From Hyphomicrobium sp. 12-62-95 (lineage in GTDB: Bacteria; Pseudomonadota; Alphaproteobacteria; Rhizobiales; Hyphomicrobiaceae), in assembly GCA_002279935.1 (NCBI GenBank), contig NCCZ01000008.1, forward strand, positions 85,998-149,997: DNA of 64,000 nt, given 5' to 3'. The position numbers and the translations under genes were made by a program. Below are positions 8,191-17,699 of this stretch, piece after piece. The notes beneath the pieces were generated by a model. The model was not told the origin of the DNA, made no database searches, and saw only the letters and a program-made list of their open reading frames with translations. Numbering within the stretch: the stretch's first letter is position 1; each line of letters starts with the position of its first letter.

Positions 8191-8928
8191 ATGGGCAAAC
8201 GCGACGACAAATCGAAAGCCGGCAAAGCGGCACCTGCCGCGGCCCGGGGCAAGAGTACGGCCTCGGCCAGTGCCCGGCAGCCCGCGCGTGCGGCCAGTGT
8301 CCGGACGGCTGCGGGCAAGGTTGTGCCCAAGGTTGCAGCGAAGGCAGCGGCAAAACCAGCCGCGAAGACGGCTGCCAAGATCAGTTCAGCCAAGCCGGCC
8401 GTAAAGGCTTCTGTCCCTGCGCCCGCTCCAGTTGCGGCGGCCAAGTCGCGCGCGGTGACCAAGGCTGCTCAGAAACAGACGGATAAGAAACTCGTGGATC
8501 GTGCCAAAGCTTCGGCCATCGTACTGCCGGCGGATTACCGTCCGTCGGAAGACGAGCCGTTCATGAATGAATATCAGCGCCTCTACTTCCGACAGAAACT
8601 GGTGAACTGGAAAGAAGACATCATCCGGCAGACCAAGGAGACGCTGGAAGGGTTGCACGAGGATAGCGTGCAGCATGCGGATCTGGCCGATAGAGCGACG
8701 TCGGAGACAGATCGGGCGCTGGAACTTCGGGCGCGCGACCGGCAGCGTAAGCTGATCTCAAAGATCGATGCGGCTTTGGCGCGGATCGAGGACGGGACTT
8801 ACGGCTACTGCGAAGAGACGGGCGAACCCATCGGGCTGAAGCGCCTCGATGCGCGCCCCATTGCGACGCTCTCTCTGGAGGCGCAGGAGCGCCACGAGCG
8901 GCGCGAGCGGGTCTACCGCGAGGATTGA
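8191..8928 (+). CDS. dksA: RNA polymerase-binding regulator DksA with a ~100-aa Ala/Lys/Pro-rich N-terminal extension
   Basis: The core (PADYRPSEDEPFMNEYQRLYFRQKL...DLADRA...YGYCEETGEPIGLKRLDARP) aligns to E. coli DksA. GGAG lies 7 nt upstream of ATG 8191. At 245 aa it is much longer than the ~150 aa typical of DksA. Confidence 0.85.
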   Translation: MGKRDDKSKAGKAAPAAARGKSTASASARQPARAASVRTAAGKVVPKVAAKAAAKPAAKTAAKISSAKPAVKASVPAPAPVAAAKSRAVTKAAQKQTDKKLVDRAKASAIVLPADYRPSEDEPFMNEYQRLYFRQKLVNWKEDIIRQTKETLEGLHEDSVQHADLADRATSETDRALELRARDRQRKLISKIDAALARIEDGTYGYCEETGEPIGLKRLDARPIATLSLEAQERHERRERVYRED

Positions 8929-9034
8929 CGGATGGCTGTTCCGGTTTGGAGCGGGCGTTAACCTCGGCTCAACGTTTGCAGATCACACTTGGAGAATGCC
9001 GCGGTTGTTTTAGCGGTGGTCTGGAGTGTGTTTG

Positions 9035-9325
9035 ATGCTGTCGATTCTCAAGTTCAGTGGAAAGCACTGGTCCCGGGCGGCGCTCGGGTGGATGTTGTTC
9101 GCGGTCGCTGTCGATGGGTTGGCGAAGGCGGGCGCGGAGGCCGCCGACGCGAAGCTTGCTGCCTATAACGCGGCGGTGGCGCTGGGCGTTCAGGATGACG
9201 CCGTGCGGCTTGGCGGGCCGGGGCAATATCAGGTTGCAAAGGTTTCGCTGAAGGATCTCGATCTGAAGGCGATCGATCCGGCGGCATTTGCCGACGCTGA
9301 AGAGATTGGCCCGCCGTCGCGCTGA
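9035..9325 (+). CDS. Small secreted hypothetical protein
   Basis: ATG is preceded by ggag at 8 nt. There is a signal-like N-terminus (WSRAALGWMLFAVAVDGLAKAGA) and high GC3. Confidence 0.55.
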   Translation: MLSILKFSGKHWSRAALGWMLFAVAVDGLAKAGAEAADAKLAAYNAAVALGVQDDAVRLGGPGQYQVAKVSLKDLDLKAIDPAAFADAEEIGPPSR

Positions 9326-9337
9326 ACGCGCTCTGCT

Positions 9338-12211
9338 CTACTTTCTCTTTTTGAACTCGAACGGCGCTGACGGCTCGGTCGATGCCGTGGGTTGTGGCTC
9401 GTCCGGCGGGGCCTGCTTTTGCGCGGTCTCGGCCGTGCGGACCTCCTGCACGCGCTGAACAAGCGTTTTGACGAAATCCAGATCGCGCAGATGTACGTCG
9501 TGCTGGGCGTAGGGCATTTCGATGCCGGCCTCGCGGAACGCGCGCACGATGCGATGGCGCAAATCGGACATTGCGGCGAGGCGCTTGCCGAAGTCGGCGA
9601 CGCTGGCGGACAGGGTGAATTCGAAACCGTTGGGACCGAAGGCGTCGAAGGACGCGCCGGGTTTGGGTTGCTGCAGGATCAGCGGGCAGTCAGCCGCGAC
9701 CTTGTCGAGGATCGTGCGCACGTGATCGGGGTCGGCGGCGTAGCTCGTCTTGACGGGAATGGAGATACTGGAGAGCGCATTGCGGTGCGTCCAGTTGAGG
9801 AATGAATTCGTGATCAGTTCCGAGTTGGGGACGATGAGGGTCGCGCGGTCGCCGGTTTCGATTTCCGTCGAGCGGACGGAGATATTTCGGACGCGGCCCG
9901 TCTGGCCGGCGACGACGATGAGATCGCCGACCTTCAAGGGCCGCTCAAAGAGCAGGATCAAGCCGGAGACAAAATTGTTGATGATGGACTGCAGGCCAAA
10001 GCCGATACCGACTGACAGCGCGCCGGCGACGATGGCGATGTTCGTAATGTCGAGGCCGGCGTAGGAGAGGGCGACGAGGACAGCGAGGGCAAAGCCGGCG
10101 TAGCCGATGGCTTTGTGGATCGAGTTGGCGAGGCCGGGATCGACACGGGCGGTGGACAGGAACGTGCCGGAGATCCAGCGCTGCACGAGGCGGGTGACAA
10201 AGAGCAGGGAGGCGAAGAGCGCGACGGCGGCGGCGATCTGGGCGAGCGAAATGCGCACGTGGCCGATCTCGAAGCCGAAGATGAGCGACTTCAGCCAAGC
10301 CAACGTGTCGGGCAGTGCAAAGCCCCATGTCACCAAGATGAACGGCAATGCGACCAGGGCCAGCAGGCCATCGAGGGCGAAGGCTGCGACTTTGGTGACC
10401 GTGCGGGACTGGTGGTCGTCCAGTCCGAGCCGCTGGTTCATGACGCGGCCGAGCGCACGCTGCTCGGTCGAGTCGGTTTCGATGAGCGCGCGGATGGCAA
10501 GGTGCAGCAGGATGGCGAGCACGACGACGCTACCGGTGACAATCACCTGCCCGGAGACGAAGCGGCCGAGTGCGACGTAGCCGGCCAGCGAGGCGCCAAG
10601 GATGAAGAGCGCCACGGCCAGCAGCGGAATTTTCAGGAGCTTCGGTTCAAGCCAAGTGACGTCGAACGGGCCGGGTTCGTTTGGTGGCGCGTCCTTCGGC
10701 ACGGCAGTCAAAGCGTCTGACGGCTGTTCCGTGTCGCGCGGCCGCGGCGGACGGCGCGTGAAGGGCGTGCGCACGATCTTGAACAGGAGGGCTGCCAGCG
10801 TGACGCTGGCAATGGTCGCGGTGGCGACGCTGACCGACAGCGGCATGGCCAGAATGCGGATTGCTTCCTTGGCCAAGAGATCGAGCGCATAGACGGCGCC
10901 GATCCACGTCATGGCGCTGGTGAGCGAGGCGGCGGGCTTATCATCGAGATCAACGAGGCGCCATAGGGGGCGCTTCGGCTGCAGGATGGCGTGGGCCAGC
11001 GCGCGGACGGCGATGAAGACCAGCGCGGCGGGGAGAACGGTGAAAACGATGCGGCCGCTGTCGAGGAACCACAGGCCCAGATTGTCAAAGCCCAAGGCAA
11101 TGAGCGTTAGCGCAAGTGCCGGTGGGAGCACGGTGAGACTTGCGACCCAGCCGGCCGTTCCGGCGCGCTTGAAGAAATCAGGTTCGGTTTCGATGGGCGC
11201 ATCGAGGCGGGCTGCGAATACGCGGCGGCGGATGCGGGCCAGCGCGATGTAGATCGCGGCGGCGCCACCCAGCAGTGCAAAGATGGCAAAGAGATTGTTT
11301 TCCGCCGAGCGGCGCCAGCGCCAGACGGTCCAGTTGAGCTCCGTCCAAGCCGGTGGCATGGCTTCGGCAACGTTCGTCCAAGTGTCGAGGCTCAACGGCG
11401 AGGCGTTGCGCCGGAAGAGCTGCGTGGTGAAAATGCCGGTGCGGTATTCCTGGACGCGGGTCAGGAGTTCGCGGGCGCGATATTGGACTAGGCCGGTCGC
11501 CTTGATGGCGCCGTCGATCTCAGCAGAGAGAAAGCTAAGCCGCTGACGTTCAGCTTGAATGGCTGGCGCTTCGGCCGGCTGGTCCTTTGCCGGCAGTGGC
11601 CCCAGCTTTTCGATCTGTGAGGCGATTGCCCGGTAGCGGGGCTGCAGGCTTTCGAGAAATTGGTCCGAGGCGCCGATGAGGCCGTCGATTTCGAGGCGCA
11701 GGCGGGCGAGATTTTCGTCGTTCTCGCGCGAGGCATCCACATCGGTCTCGAGCGTGTCGATGGTGGCGCGCAGGTTGGCCGAGGGTTCGCGGATTTCGGC
11801 GATGGTGGCCTGATCGGCGGCGTTGTCGGGTGTGGGCTGCTGCGGAACAGCGGCGGGAGCTGCAGGGGGCTGGGCAGCTGGCGTGTCGGCGGCGGACGGC
11901 GTTTGCGTTTCGGTCGCGGGGGGGGCGGCGGCTGCCGGGTCGGCGGGGGGCGGCGCGGTTGCGGCGGGCGGGGGTTGCGGATCGGCCTGTTGTGGCGCGC
12001 TCTCTTGCGTCGTGTTTTCTTGGGTTCCGGCGGGCGGAGTGGCGGCCTGGGCTACGCCTTTGGCGGTCTGGCCCACGGCATCGAACAGCGCTTGCGCCGC
12101 CGCCTCGTTGCGTCCCGGTGCAAGGCCGAGAAGGACGATCGCCAGCGCTGCTGCCGCGCCGATCCGGTTGGCCAAAGATATCATGCGTCCAACATCACTT
12201 TCTTGCCGCAT
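9338..12211 (-). CDS. Large mechanosensitive channel of the MscS superfamily (MscK/KefA-like)
   Basis: The protein has a signal peptide, a Pro/Ala-rich linker, a coiled periplasmic domain and multiple TM helices. The conserved MscS core is GFGLQSIINNFVSGLILLFERPLKVGDLI. The start could be 12211 or 12184. Confidence 0.85.
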   Translation of the reverse strand: MRQESDVGRMISLANRIGAAAALAIVLLGLAPGRNEAAAQALFDAVGQTAKGVAQAATPPAGTQENTTQESAPQQADPQPPPAATAPPPADPAAAAPPATETQTPSAADTPAAQPPAAPAAVPQQPTPDNAADQATIAEIREPSANLRATIDTLETDVDASRENDENLARLRLEIDGLIGASDQFLESLQPRYRAIASQIEKLGPLPAKDQPAEAPAIQAERQRLSFLSAEIDGAIKATGLVQYRARELLTRVQEYRTGIFTTQLFRRNASPLSLDTWTNVAEAMPPAWTELNWTVWRWRRSAENNLFAIFALLGGAAAIYIALARIRRRVFAARLDAPIETEPDFFKRAGTAGWVASLTVLPPALALTLIALGFDNLGLWFLDSGRIVFTVLPAALVFIAVRALAHAILQPKRPLWRLVDLDDKPAASLTSAMTWIGAVYALDLLAKEAIRILAMPLSVSVATATIASVTLAALLFKIVRTPFTRRPPRPRDTEQPSDALTAVPKDAPPNEPGPFDVTWLEPKLLKIPLLAVALFILGASLAGYVALGRFVSGQVIVTGSVVVLAILLHLAIRALIETDSTEQRALGRVMNQRLGLDDHQSRTVTKVAAFALDGLLALVALPFILVTWGFALPDTLAWLKSLIFGFEIGHVRISLAQIAAAVALFASLLFVTRLVQRWISGTFLSTARVDPGLANSIHKAIGYAGFALAVLVALSYAGLDITNIAIVAGALSVGIGFGLQSIINNFVSGLILLFERPLKVGDLIVVAGQTGRVRNISVRSTEIETGDRATLIVPNSELITNSFLNWTHRNALSSISIPVKTSYAADPDHVRTILDKVAADCPLILQQPKPGASFDAFGPNGFEFTLSASVADFGKRLAAMSDLRHRIVRAFREAGIEMPYAQHDVHLRDLDFVKTLVQRVQEVRTAETAQKQAPPDEPQPTASTEPSAPFEFKKRK

Positions 12212-12305
12212 CCGGTGCGTGGTGCCGGAGGGTGATCGGCAGGTGTCTTATGGGGCGGGCTGGGCCTGCATGCGGCACGAGCGGCGGACCCATTGTCGCG
12301 CGCGG

Positions 12306-12665
12306 TCATTTTTCTGCGCCCGATGCCGTTCCAAATGTGCGCGGCGAGCGGGAGAAGACGGCTTGCGGTTCAACGGGTTCGGGGCGCGCGGAGGCGCGCT
12401 GGGCAATGCCCGTCTCGATGACGACGTCGACCGGGCCGCCGGTCATGATGAGATGTTCGACGTTGTCGCGCCGCACGAGGATCAACCGGCGGCGGCCATC
12501 GACGGCGGCGTGTTCGACGACATCAAGGCGGCGATCGGGTTTGGGGCCGAAGAAGCCATCGAGTGGGGACGAGCCGTTCATAGTGCTGCGCGCGACGAGG
12601 GCGGCTGCGATAAGGGCGCCTGCGATCAGAACGATCAGCACCAAGTAAGTGAGGATATCCCACAT
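12306..12665 (-). CDS. Single-pass membrane protein, FliO-like (function uncertain)
   Basis: The 119-aa product from ATG 12665 has an N-terminal TM (ILTYLVLIVLIAGALIAAALV) and an RRLDVVEH..RRRLILVRRDNVEHLIMTGG block resembling FliO-family proteins. The rest of the 325-aa ORF-track entry is off-frame junk. Confidence 0.55.
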   Translation of the reverse strand: MWDILTYLVLIVLIAGALIAAALVARSTMNGSSPLDGFFGPKPDRRLDVVEHAAVDGRRRLILVRRDNVEHLIMTGGPVDVVIETGIAQRASARPEPVEPQAVFSRSPRTFGTASGAEK

Positions 12666-12950
12666 CGTGCAGCGTCTCCCTGTAGGCCGGTTGCGGTGGC
12701 CGGATATCGTGTTGGTCTGGCCGTGCTGACTCAAAAACTGAAGATGCAACGCGAAGGCAATTGAATCTGCGCCCCAATTTCGGATTTGTGTTGAGGCATT
12801 CGAAAGGTGGCGTACTCGTTTCGATCCCGAATTGCCCAAAACGAAGCACCCCGAAAGGCGAGCTATACCCCGAAGTTCACGGCAATTTAACCCCGATGAT
12901 CGAAGTGTTGACAGTGTTCCTGCTCTCTCAACCCCGATCTCCACAGGCGG

Positions 12951-15599
12951 TTGCAGACATGCGGCGACAACCATAGTGACCTGCGTAACGAGGCCGTTGA
13001 TATGCCGCCACTTGAGGCCGTCCCCTCTTCGAATCAGATACCCTTCGACTTCATGAGCGACAGTGGTGTTGCGGTCCAACGCGGCCCGGCTTCGTCCGGA
13101 TCCCCGGGATCGTTTGCGGATGGATCGGTGTCTTATCTGCCGGTGCTGGGTGCGGTTTTCGCGCTGGGCGTCGTGGCGGTGACGCTTGCGGCAAGCACGG
13201 CGGGGACGCCGGTGTTGCTCGCCGTTCTTGCCTCCTTTGCTATCCTGGGTGTGTTCTTCGTCTTCGGTTGGCTGGCAGGCCATATCCGCATCGGCGACCG
13301 CCTACTCTCCGACGATATCGCGCGCAGCATCAGCGATGGGATCGATCGCGGGTTGATGGTCGCGCGCCGCGATGGGTCGGTTTTGTTCGTCAATCACAAG
13401 CTGGAAGAACTTGTCGGCCGGCTGTCCTCACGTGAGGTTTCGGCGCTCGACATGGCTTTCGGCCCTGATCTGGCCGTACGCGAGGCGTTCTTCCGGCTCA
13501 ACCGGGCCGCCGATCGTGGCGACCGGCATGGGGAAGATTTCCGGCTGTCGGCTGGGGGCGCGCTGCCGCAACGCATCCTGCGCATCGATGTGTCGCCGCT
13601 CGACCTGGGACGCGGCCGGGAGACCGGGCGCACGGTTCTGTGGTCGGTGCAGGATGTCACGGAAGAGCGCATGCGGGTGGCTGCGGCGCGGCAGAGCCTC
13701 GTCGATACGCTGGGCTTTTATGATGCGTCACCGGTCGGGCTGCTGACGGTCGATCAGAGCGGTACGGTTCGTCATATCAACGGCACGCTGGCCCGCTGGC
13801 TCGGCTATCCCAATCAGCCGCTCGTCAATCGCGTGGTTCGCCTGTCGGACATTCTCAATGCGGAGACGGTGGCGTTGATCGAGGGCGCGCGGCAGGCCGG
13901 CGCAGAAGACATGATCTCGCTCGATATCGACGCGACGCGCGAAGACGGGCGGCTGTTGCCGGTGCGTCTGGTGGCGCGCACGCATCGCGACGGGCATCGC
14001 TTGATCGCGTTCATCAACCGGGAGGCCGATCATGGCCTGGGCTTCGATGCGCCGGCGAGCGATGTGCGCTTTGCGCGCTTTTTCCAGTCGGCGCCGTTCG
14101 GGATCGCCAGTGTGTCGGCGGACGGGCGCGTTACCAGTTCGAATGGTGCGTTTGCGCGGCTGATGCTTGACGGGACGGGCGGCGTCGGCAAGCGGGCGGT
14201 GGATGTGTTGGCGCGCGTGGACGACAAGTCGGCGCGGATCGAGATCGAAGATCAGTTGCGCCGGGTGCTGGCGGGTAAAGCCGCTGTGCAGCCGCTGGAA
14301 ACGGCGCTTTCGCCGAACAACGTGCGGCGCGTTTATATGAGCCCGATGGTCGAGCAGGCGACGGACCGCGAGGCGGCGATGCTCTATGTGGTCGACGCGA
14401 CCGAGCAGAAGGCGCTCGAGGTTCAGTATGCGCAGTCGTCGAAGATGGAGGCGGTGGGCAAGCTCGCCGGCGGGATCGCGCACGACTTCAACAACGTTCT
14501 GACCGCCATCATCGGCTATTCGGATCTGTTGCTGCAGACGCACGCGATTTCGGATCCAGCCTACAAGGACATCAAGAATATCCAGGGCAGCGCCTATCGC
14601 GCGGCGGGCATGGTGCGGCAGCTGTTGTCATTCTCGCGGCGGCAGACGCTGCAGGCGGAATCGCTGCTGCTTGACGAAGTTATCAGCGAAAACACGTCGA
14701 TGCTTCGGACGTCGCTTGGCGAGAAGATCATGCTCAAAGTGCAGCCGAGCCGCGATCTCTGGTACGTGAAGGTCGACAAGGGCGAGTTCTCGCGCGTGAT
14801 CGTCAACCTGACGGTCAACGCGGGGGATGCGATGCCCGATGGCGGCGTGCTCTCGATCAAGACGCGCAACATTACCGAACGCGACAGCCAGAAGCTTGGC
14901 CGCGAAGGGATGCCGGTGGGCGAATATGTGGGCGTGGAAGTGTCCGATACGGGCACGGGCATGCCGGTGGATGTTCTGGAGAAGATCTTCGAGCCGTTCT
15001 TCACCACCAAGGCCGTGGGCAAGGGGACGGGGCTTGGGCTGTCGACTGTTTACGGCATCGTGAAGCAGTCGGGCGGGTTCATTTACGCGGAGAGCGTGAT
15101 CGGGCGCGGCACGTCGTTCCACATCTATTTGCCGCGCTACATTCCCGACCTTGAGGACGAAGAGGCCGCGATCGCGCTGGCGGCAGCATCACCGGCCAAA
15201 GAAGCGGCGACACTGAAGTCGTCGGATCTGACCGGGACCGGGCGCGTGCTGCTGGTTGAAGACGAAGATGTTGTGCGGTCGTTCGCGGTGCGGGCCCTGA
15301 CGCGGCAGGGCTATGAGGTTCTGGAAGCGTCCGATGGGCAGGAGGCGCTTGATATCGTGGCGGCGCATAACGGCGAGATCGACATTGTCGTGACCGACGT
15401 GGTCATGCCGGAGATGGACGGGCCGACCATGTTCCGCGAACTGCGCAAGACCAACCCGTCGATCAAGGTGATCTTCGTATCGGGCTATCCCAACGAAGCT
15501 TTCCGCGAGACGCTGGGTACCGAAGAAGTCGCGTTCTTGCCCAAGCCCTTCTCGCTGCCGCAGCTGGCTGAGAAGGTGAAGCAGGAACTGGCGCGGTAG
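12951..15599 (+). CDS. cckA: Hybrid sensor histidine kinase with CckA-like architecture (2 TM, PAS repeats, HisKA, HATPase, receiver)
   Basis: H-box [22 protein letters not shown], an N/G-box region ending [13 protein letters not shown], and a receiver domain [10 protein letters not shown]...DVVMPEMDG...KPF. The start is uncertain (12951, 13002 or 13053). The symbol is assigned from architecture only. Confidence 0.7.
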   Translation: MQTCGDNHSDLRNEAVDMPPLEAVPSSNQIPFDFMSDSGVAVQRGPASSGSPGSFADGSVSYLPVLGAVFALGVVAVTLAASTAGTPVLLAVLASFAILGVFFVFGWLAGHIRIGDRLLSDDIARSISDGIDRGLMVARRDGSVLFVNHKLEELVGRLSSREVSALDMAFGPDLAVREAFFRLNRAADRGDRHGEDFRLSAGGALPQRILRIDVSPLDLGRGRETGRTVLWSVQDVTEERMRVAAARQSLVDTLGFYDASPVGLLTVDQSGTVRHINGTLARWLGYPNQPLVNRVVRLSDILNAETVALIEGARQAGAEDMISLDIDATREDGRLLPVRLVARTHRDGHRLIAFINREADHGLGFDAPASDVRFARFFQSAPFGIASVSADGRVTSSNGAFARLMLDGTGGVGKRAVDVLARVDDKSARIEIEDQLRRVLAGKAAVQPLETALSPNNVRRVYMSPMVEQATDREAAMLYVVDATEQKALEVQYAQSSKMEAVGKLAGGIAHDFNNVLTAIIGYSDLLLQTHAISDPAYKDIKNIQGSAYRAAGMVRQLLSFSRRQTLQAESLLLDEVISENTSMLRTSLGEKIMLKVQPSRDLWYVKVDKGEFSRVIVNLTVNAGDAMPDGGVLSIKTRNITERDSQKLGREGMPVGEYVGVEVSDTGTGMPVDVLEKIFEPFFTTKAVGKGTGLGLSTVYGIVKQSGGFIYAESVIGRGTSFHIYLPRYIPDLEDEEAAIALAAASPAKEAATLKSSDLTGTGRVLLVEDEDVVRSFAVRALTRQGYEVLEASDGQEALDIVAAHNGEIDIVVTDVVMPEMDGPTMFRELRKTNPSIKVIFVSGYPNEAFRETLGTEEVAFLPKPFSLPQLAEKVKQELAR

Positions 15600-15622
15600 A
15601 GCTGTCGGACTTCGGATATAGA

Positions 15623-15652
15623 AAAACGCCCGGGATTGCTCCCGGGCGTTTT
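15623..15652. terminator. Bidirectional rho-independent terminator between cckA and the convergent small gene
   Basis: aaaacgcccggga-ttgc-tcccgggcgtttt. The 13-bp stem includes A/T runs on both flanks. Confidence 0.85.
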
Positions 15653-15673
15653 GTATTCTTGGCGGCGTCCCTT

Positions 15674-15964
15674 TTAGCGGCGATTGCTGGAGGAGGACGG
15701 CTTGTCCCAGTGCAGGTAGAGCACGGTGACGATGGCTGTCAGGAGCATCGTGCCGATGACCTCGGGGCGCTGGATGAAGGCGAGCCACGTGGAGAAGCCG
15801 GCGGCCGATCCGCCCTTGGCGGTCAGCATGCTGTTGGCTGCGATGATGGCGAGCGTCAGCAGGGCGGTGAGGCCCATGGCGGTCAAAATCTGCAGCGCGC
15901 GCTTGGCGAGGCGTGGAACGAGCAGGGTCTTGCCTGCGACATCGATCATGGTGCGGTCCGACAT
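15674..15964 (-). CDS. Small hypothetical membrane protein (2-3 TM)
   Basis: ORF-track 96 aa with hydrophobic segments ILTAMGLTALLTLAIIAA and VIGTMLLTAIVTVLYL. It ends at the shared terminator. Confidence 0.5.
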   Translation of the reverse strand: MSDRTMIDVAGKTLLVPRLAKRALQILTAMGLTALLTLAIIAANSMLTAKGGSAAGFSTWLAFIQRPEVIGTMLLTAIVTVLYLHWDKPSSSSNRR

Positions 15965-16162
15965 GCGTATCCGTCTCCTCCCTTGGAGTTGATGATCTCC
16001 GCCACGGACCGTTGGTCCCCCCTGCGACGGAAATCGAATCAGACAACGTTAACCCGACACTGGGGCAAACCCGGGGCACGGGCATGAATGGGGCGGTGTG
16101 ATGCGGGTCAGGGTTGGGCGGCCAAGCGTAGCTAAGTCCATGGAATCGATATAGGCAGATGA

Positions 16163-16201
16163 GAACAAAACGTGATTGACGGGTGAGAACGAATAGGGTA
16201 C
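16163..16201. promoter_or_regulatory. Two degenerate alphaproteobacterial SOS (LexA) boxes overlapping a TTGACG -35 upstream of recA
   Basis: GAAC-N7-GATT (16163-16177) and GAAC-N7-GTAC (16187-16201), compared with the consensus GAAC-N7-GAAC (GTTC-N7-GTTC). Confidence 0.35.
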
Positions 16202-16249
16202 AAAGTTGGTAAATTGTAGCTCTGCAACTTTAACCCTAAGGTGCGCCCG

Positions 16250-17401
16250 ATGACGACCAAGCCCGACTTGAAAGTGATCGATGGGGGATCGGCTAAGATG
16301 GACAAGAAGCAGGCGCTCGAAGCGGCCTTGGCTCAGATCGACAAGAATTTCGGCAAGGGCTCAATCATGCGATTGGGCACCAATGACAAGTCGATCGACG
16401 TTGAGGCTATTTCGACGGGGTCGCTCGGGCTCGATATTGCGCTCGGGATCGGCGGTTTGCCCAAGGGGCGCGTCGTTGAGATCTACGGGCCGGAATCGTC
16501 GGGTAAGACGACGCTGACGCTGCATGTGATTGCGGAAGCGCAGAAGAAGGGCGGGACGTGCGCATTCGTCGACGCGGAGCACGCGCTTGATCCGGTGTAT
16601 GCCCGCAAGCTCGGCGTGAATGTGCAGGATCTGCTGATCTCGCAGCCCGATACGGGTGAGCAGGCGTTGGAAATCGCCGATACGCTGGTACGCTCCGGTG
16701 CGGTCGATGTGCTGGTGATCGACTCGGTGGCGGCGTTGACGCCGAAAGCGGAACTCGAAGGCGAAATGGGCGATAGTTTGCCCGGTTTGCAGGCGCGCTT
16801 GATGAGCCAGGCGTTGCGCAAATTGACGGCGTCGATCTCGAAGTCGGGCTGCATGGTGATCTTCATCAACCAGATCCGCATGAAGATTGGCGTCATGTTC
16901 GGCAACCCGGAGACGACGACGGGCGGCAATGCGCTGAAGTTTTATGCCTCGGTGCGTCTCGATATCCGCCGCATCGGGCAGATCAAGGACAAGGACGAGC
17001 CGGTCGGCAACCAGACGCGCGTTAAGGTCGTCAAGAACAAGGTGGCGCCGCCGTTCAAGCAGGTGGAATTCGACATCATGTACGGTGAGGGCATCTCTAA
17101 GGTTGGCGAGCTCGTCGACCTCGGGGTGAAGGCCAACATCATCGAAAAATCTGGCGCGTGGATGTCGTACAACGGCGAGCGGATCGGGCAGGGGCGTGAG
17201 AATACCAAGGAGTTCCTGCGCACCAATCCAAAGGTCGCCAACGCCATCGAGGCGGCGGTGCGGGCCAATGCGGGGTTGATCGTCGATAAGATGCTGGTAG
17301 CGCCCGAGGCCGGGGAGGCTGATGAGGAGACCCCGGACGAGGATGGCGTGCTACCGGACGTCGAGGAGACCCCGAAGAAGGGCGCCCGGGCTAAGCGCTG
17401 A
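16250..17401 (+). CDS. recA: Recombinase RecA
   Basis: [22 protein letters not shown], Walker [10 protein letters not shown] and the rest of the sequence are unmistakable. I chose ATG 16250; the ORF-track GTG is at 16241. Confidence 0.97.
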   Translation: MTTKPDLKVIDGGSAKMDKKQALEAALAQIDKNFGKGSIMRLGTNDKSIDVEAISTGSLGLDIALGIGGLPKGRVVEIYGPESSGKTTLTLHVIAEAQKKGGTCAFVDAEHALDPVYARKLGVNVQDLLISQPDTGEQALEIADTLVRSGAVDVLVIDSVAALTPKAELEGEMGDSLPGLQARLMSQALRKLTASISKSGCMVIFINQIRMKIGVMFGNPETTTGGNALKFYASVRLDIRRIGQIKDKDEPVGNQTRVKVVKNKVAPPFKQVEFDIMYGEGISKVGELVDLGVKANIIEKSGAWMSYNGERIGQGRENTKEFLRTNPKVANAIEAAVRANAGLIVDKMLVAPEAGEADEETPDEDGVLPDVEETPKKGARAKR

Positions 17402-17432
17402 CACGTTGGCTTTGGTCGAGGAATTCAGCGAG

Positions 17433-17457
17433 CGGGGGCCTTCGGGGCTCCCGTTTT
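17433..17457 (+). terminator. recA rho-independent terminator
   Basis: cgggggcc-ttcgg-ggctcccg followed by tttt. Confidence 0.75.
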
Positions 17458-17699
17458 GCATTTTGGTCGGGGAGGTGTGGCTTGTTCGGTTGTCCTTATG
17501 GCGGACCTTATCTTGCGGGGTGTCCGGGAGGCCGGGCTTGCGGCCGCAGGGTTTCTGGACAAAGACGGCGGGCGGCGGCTAGAACCGGCCGACCTAATGA
17601 CACGGCCGGTCGGGCTGAGGTGAGCGGGGGCGTTGCGTTCGCGCTAGCCCGGCGCTTGCTGTCCCCACGGCCCTGAAACATCCGGAAAGTTTGGGATCC

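Noticed and set aside
8028-8462. A 144-aa Ala-rich ORF antisense to the dksA N-terminal extension.
   Set aside because: GCN-rich (Ala) coding DNA stays open on the complementary strand. The plus frame has the SD and runs continuously into the conserved DksA core.
11830-12010. Repetitive GC-rich DNA that looked like possible tandem or CRISPR-like repeats. The same appears at 28615-28735, 36480-36860 and 54900-55030.
   Set aside because: All are in-frame Pro/Ala-rich low-complexity linkers of recognised proteins (the MscK-like channel, the secreted 28051 ORF, TonB and MltG). There is no regular repeat-spacer periodicity.
17482-17676. A 64-aa ORF with a ggggagg SD-like sequence in the recA-alaS spacer.
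   Set aside because: Hand-counted GC3 is only ~55%, far below real genes here, and the product is Gly/Arg/Pro-rich with no features.
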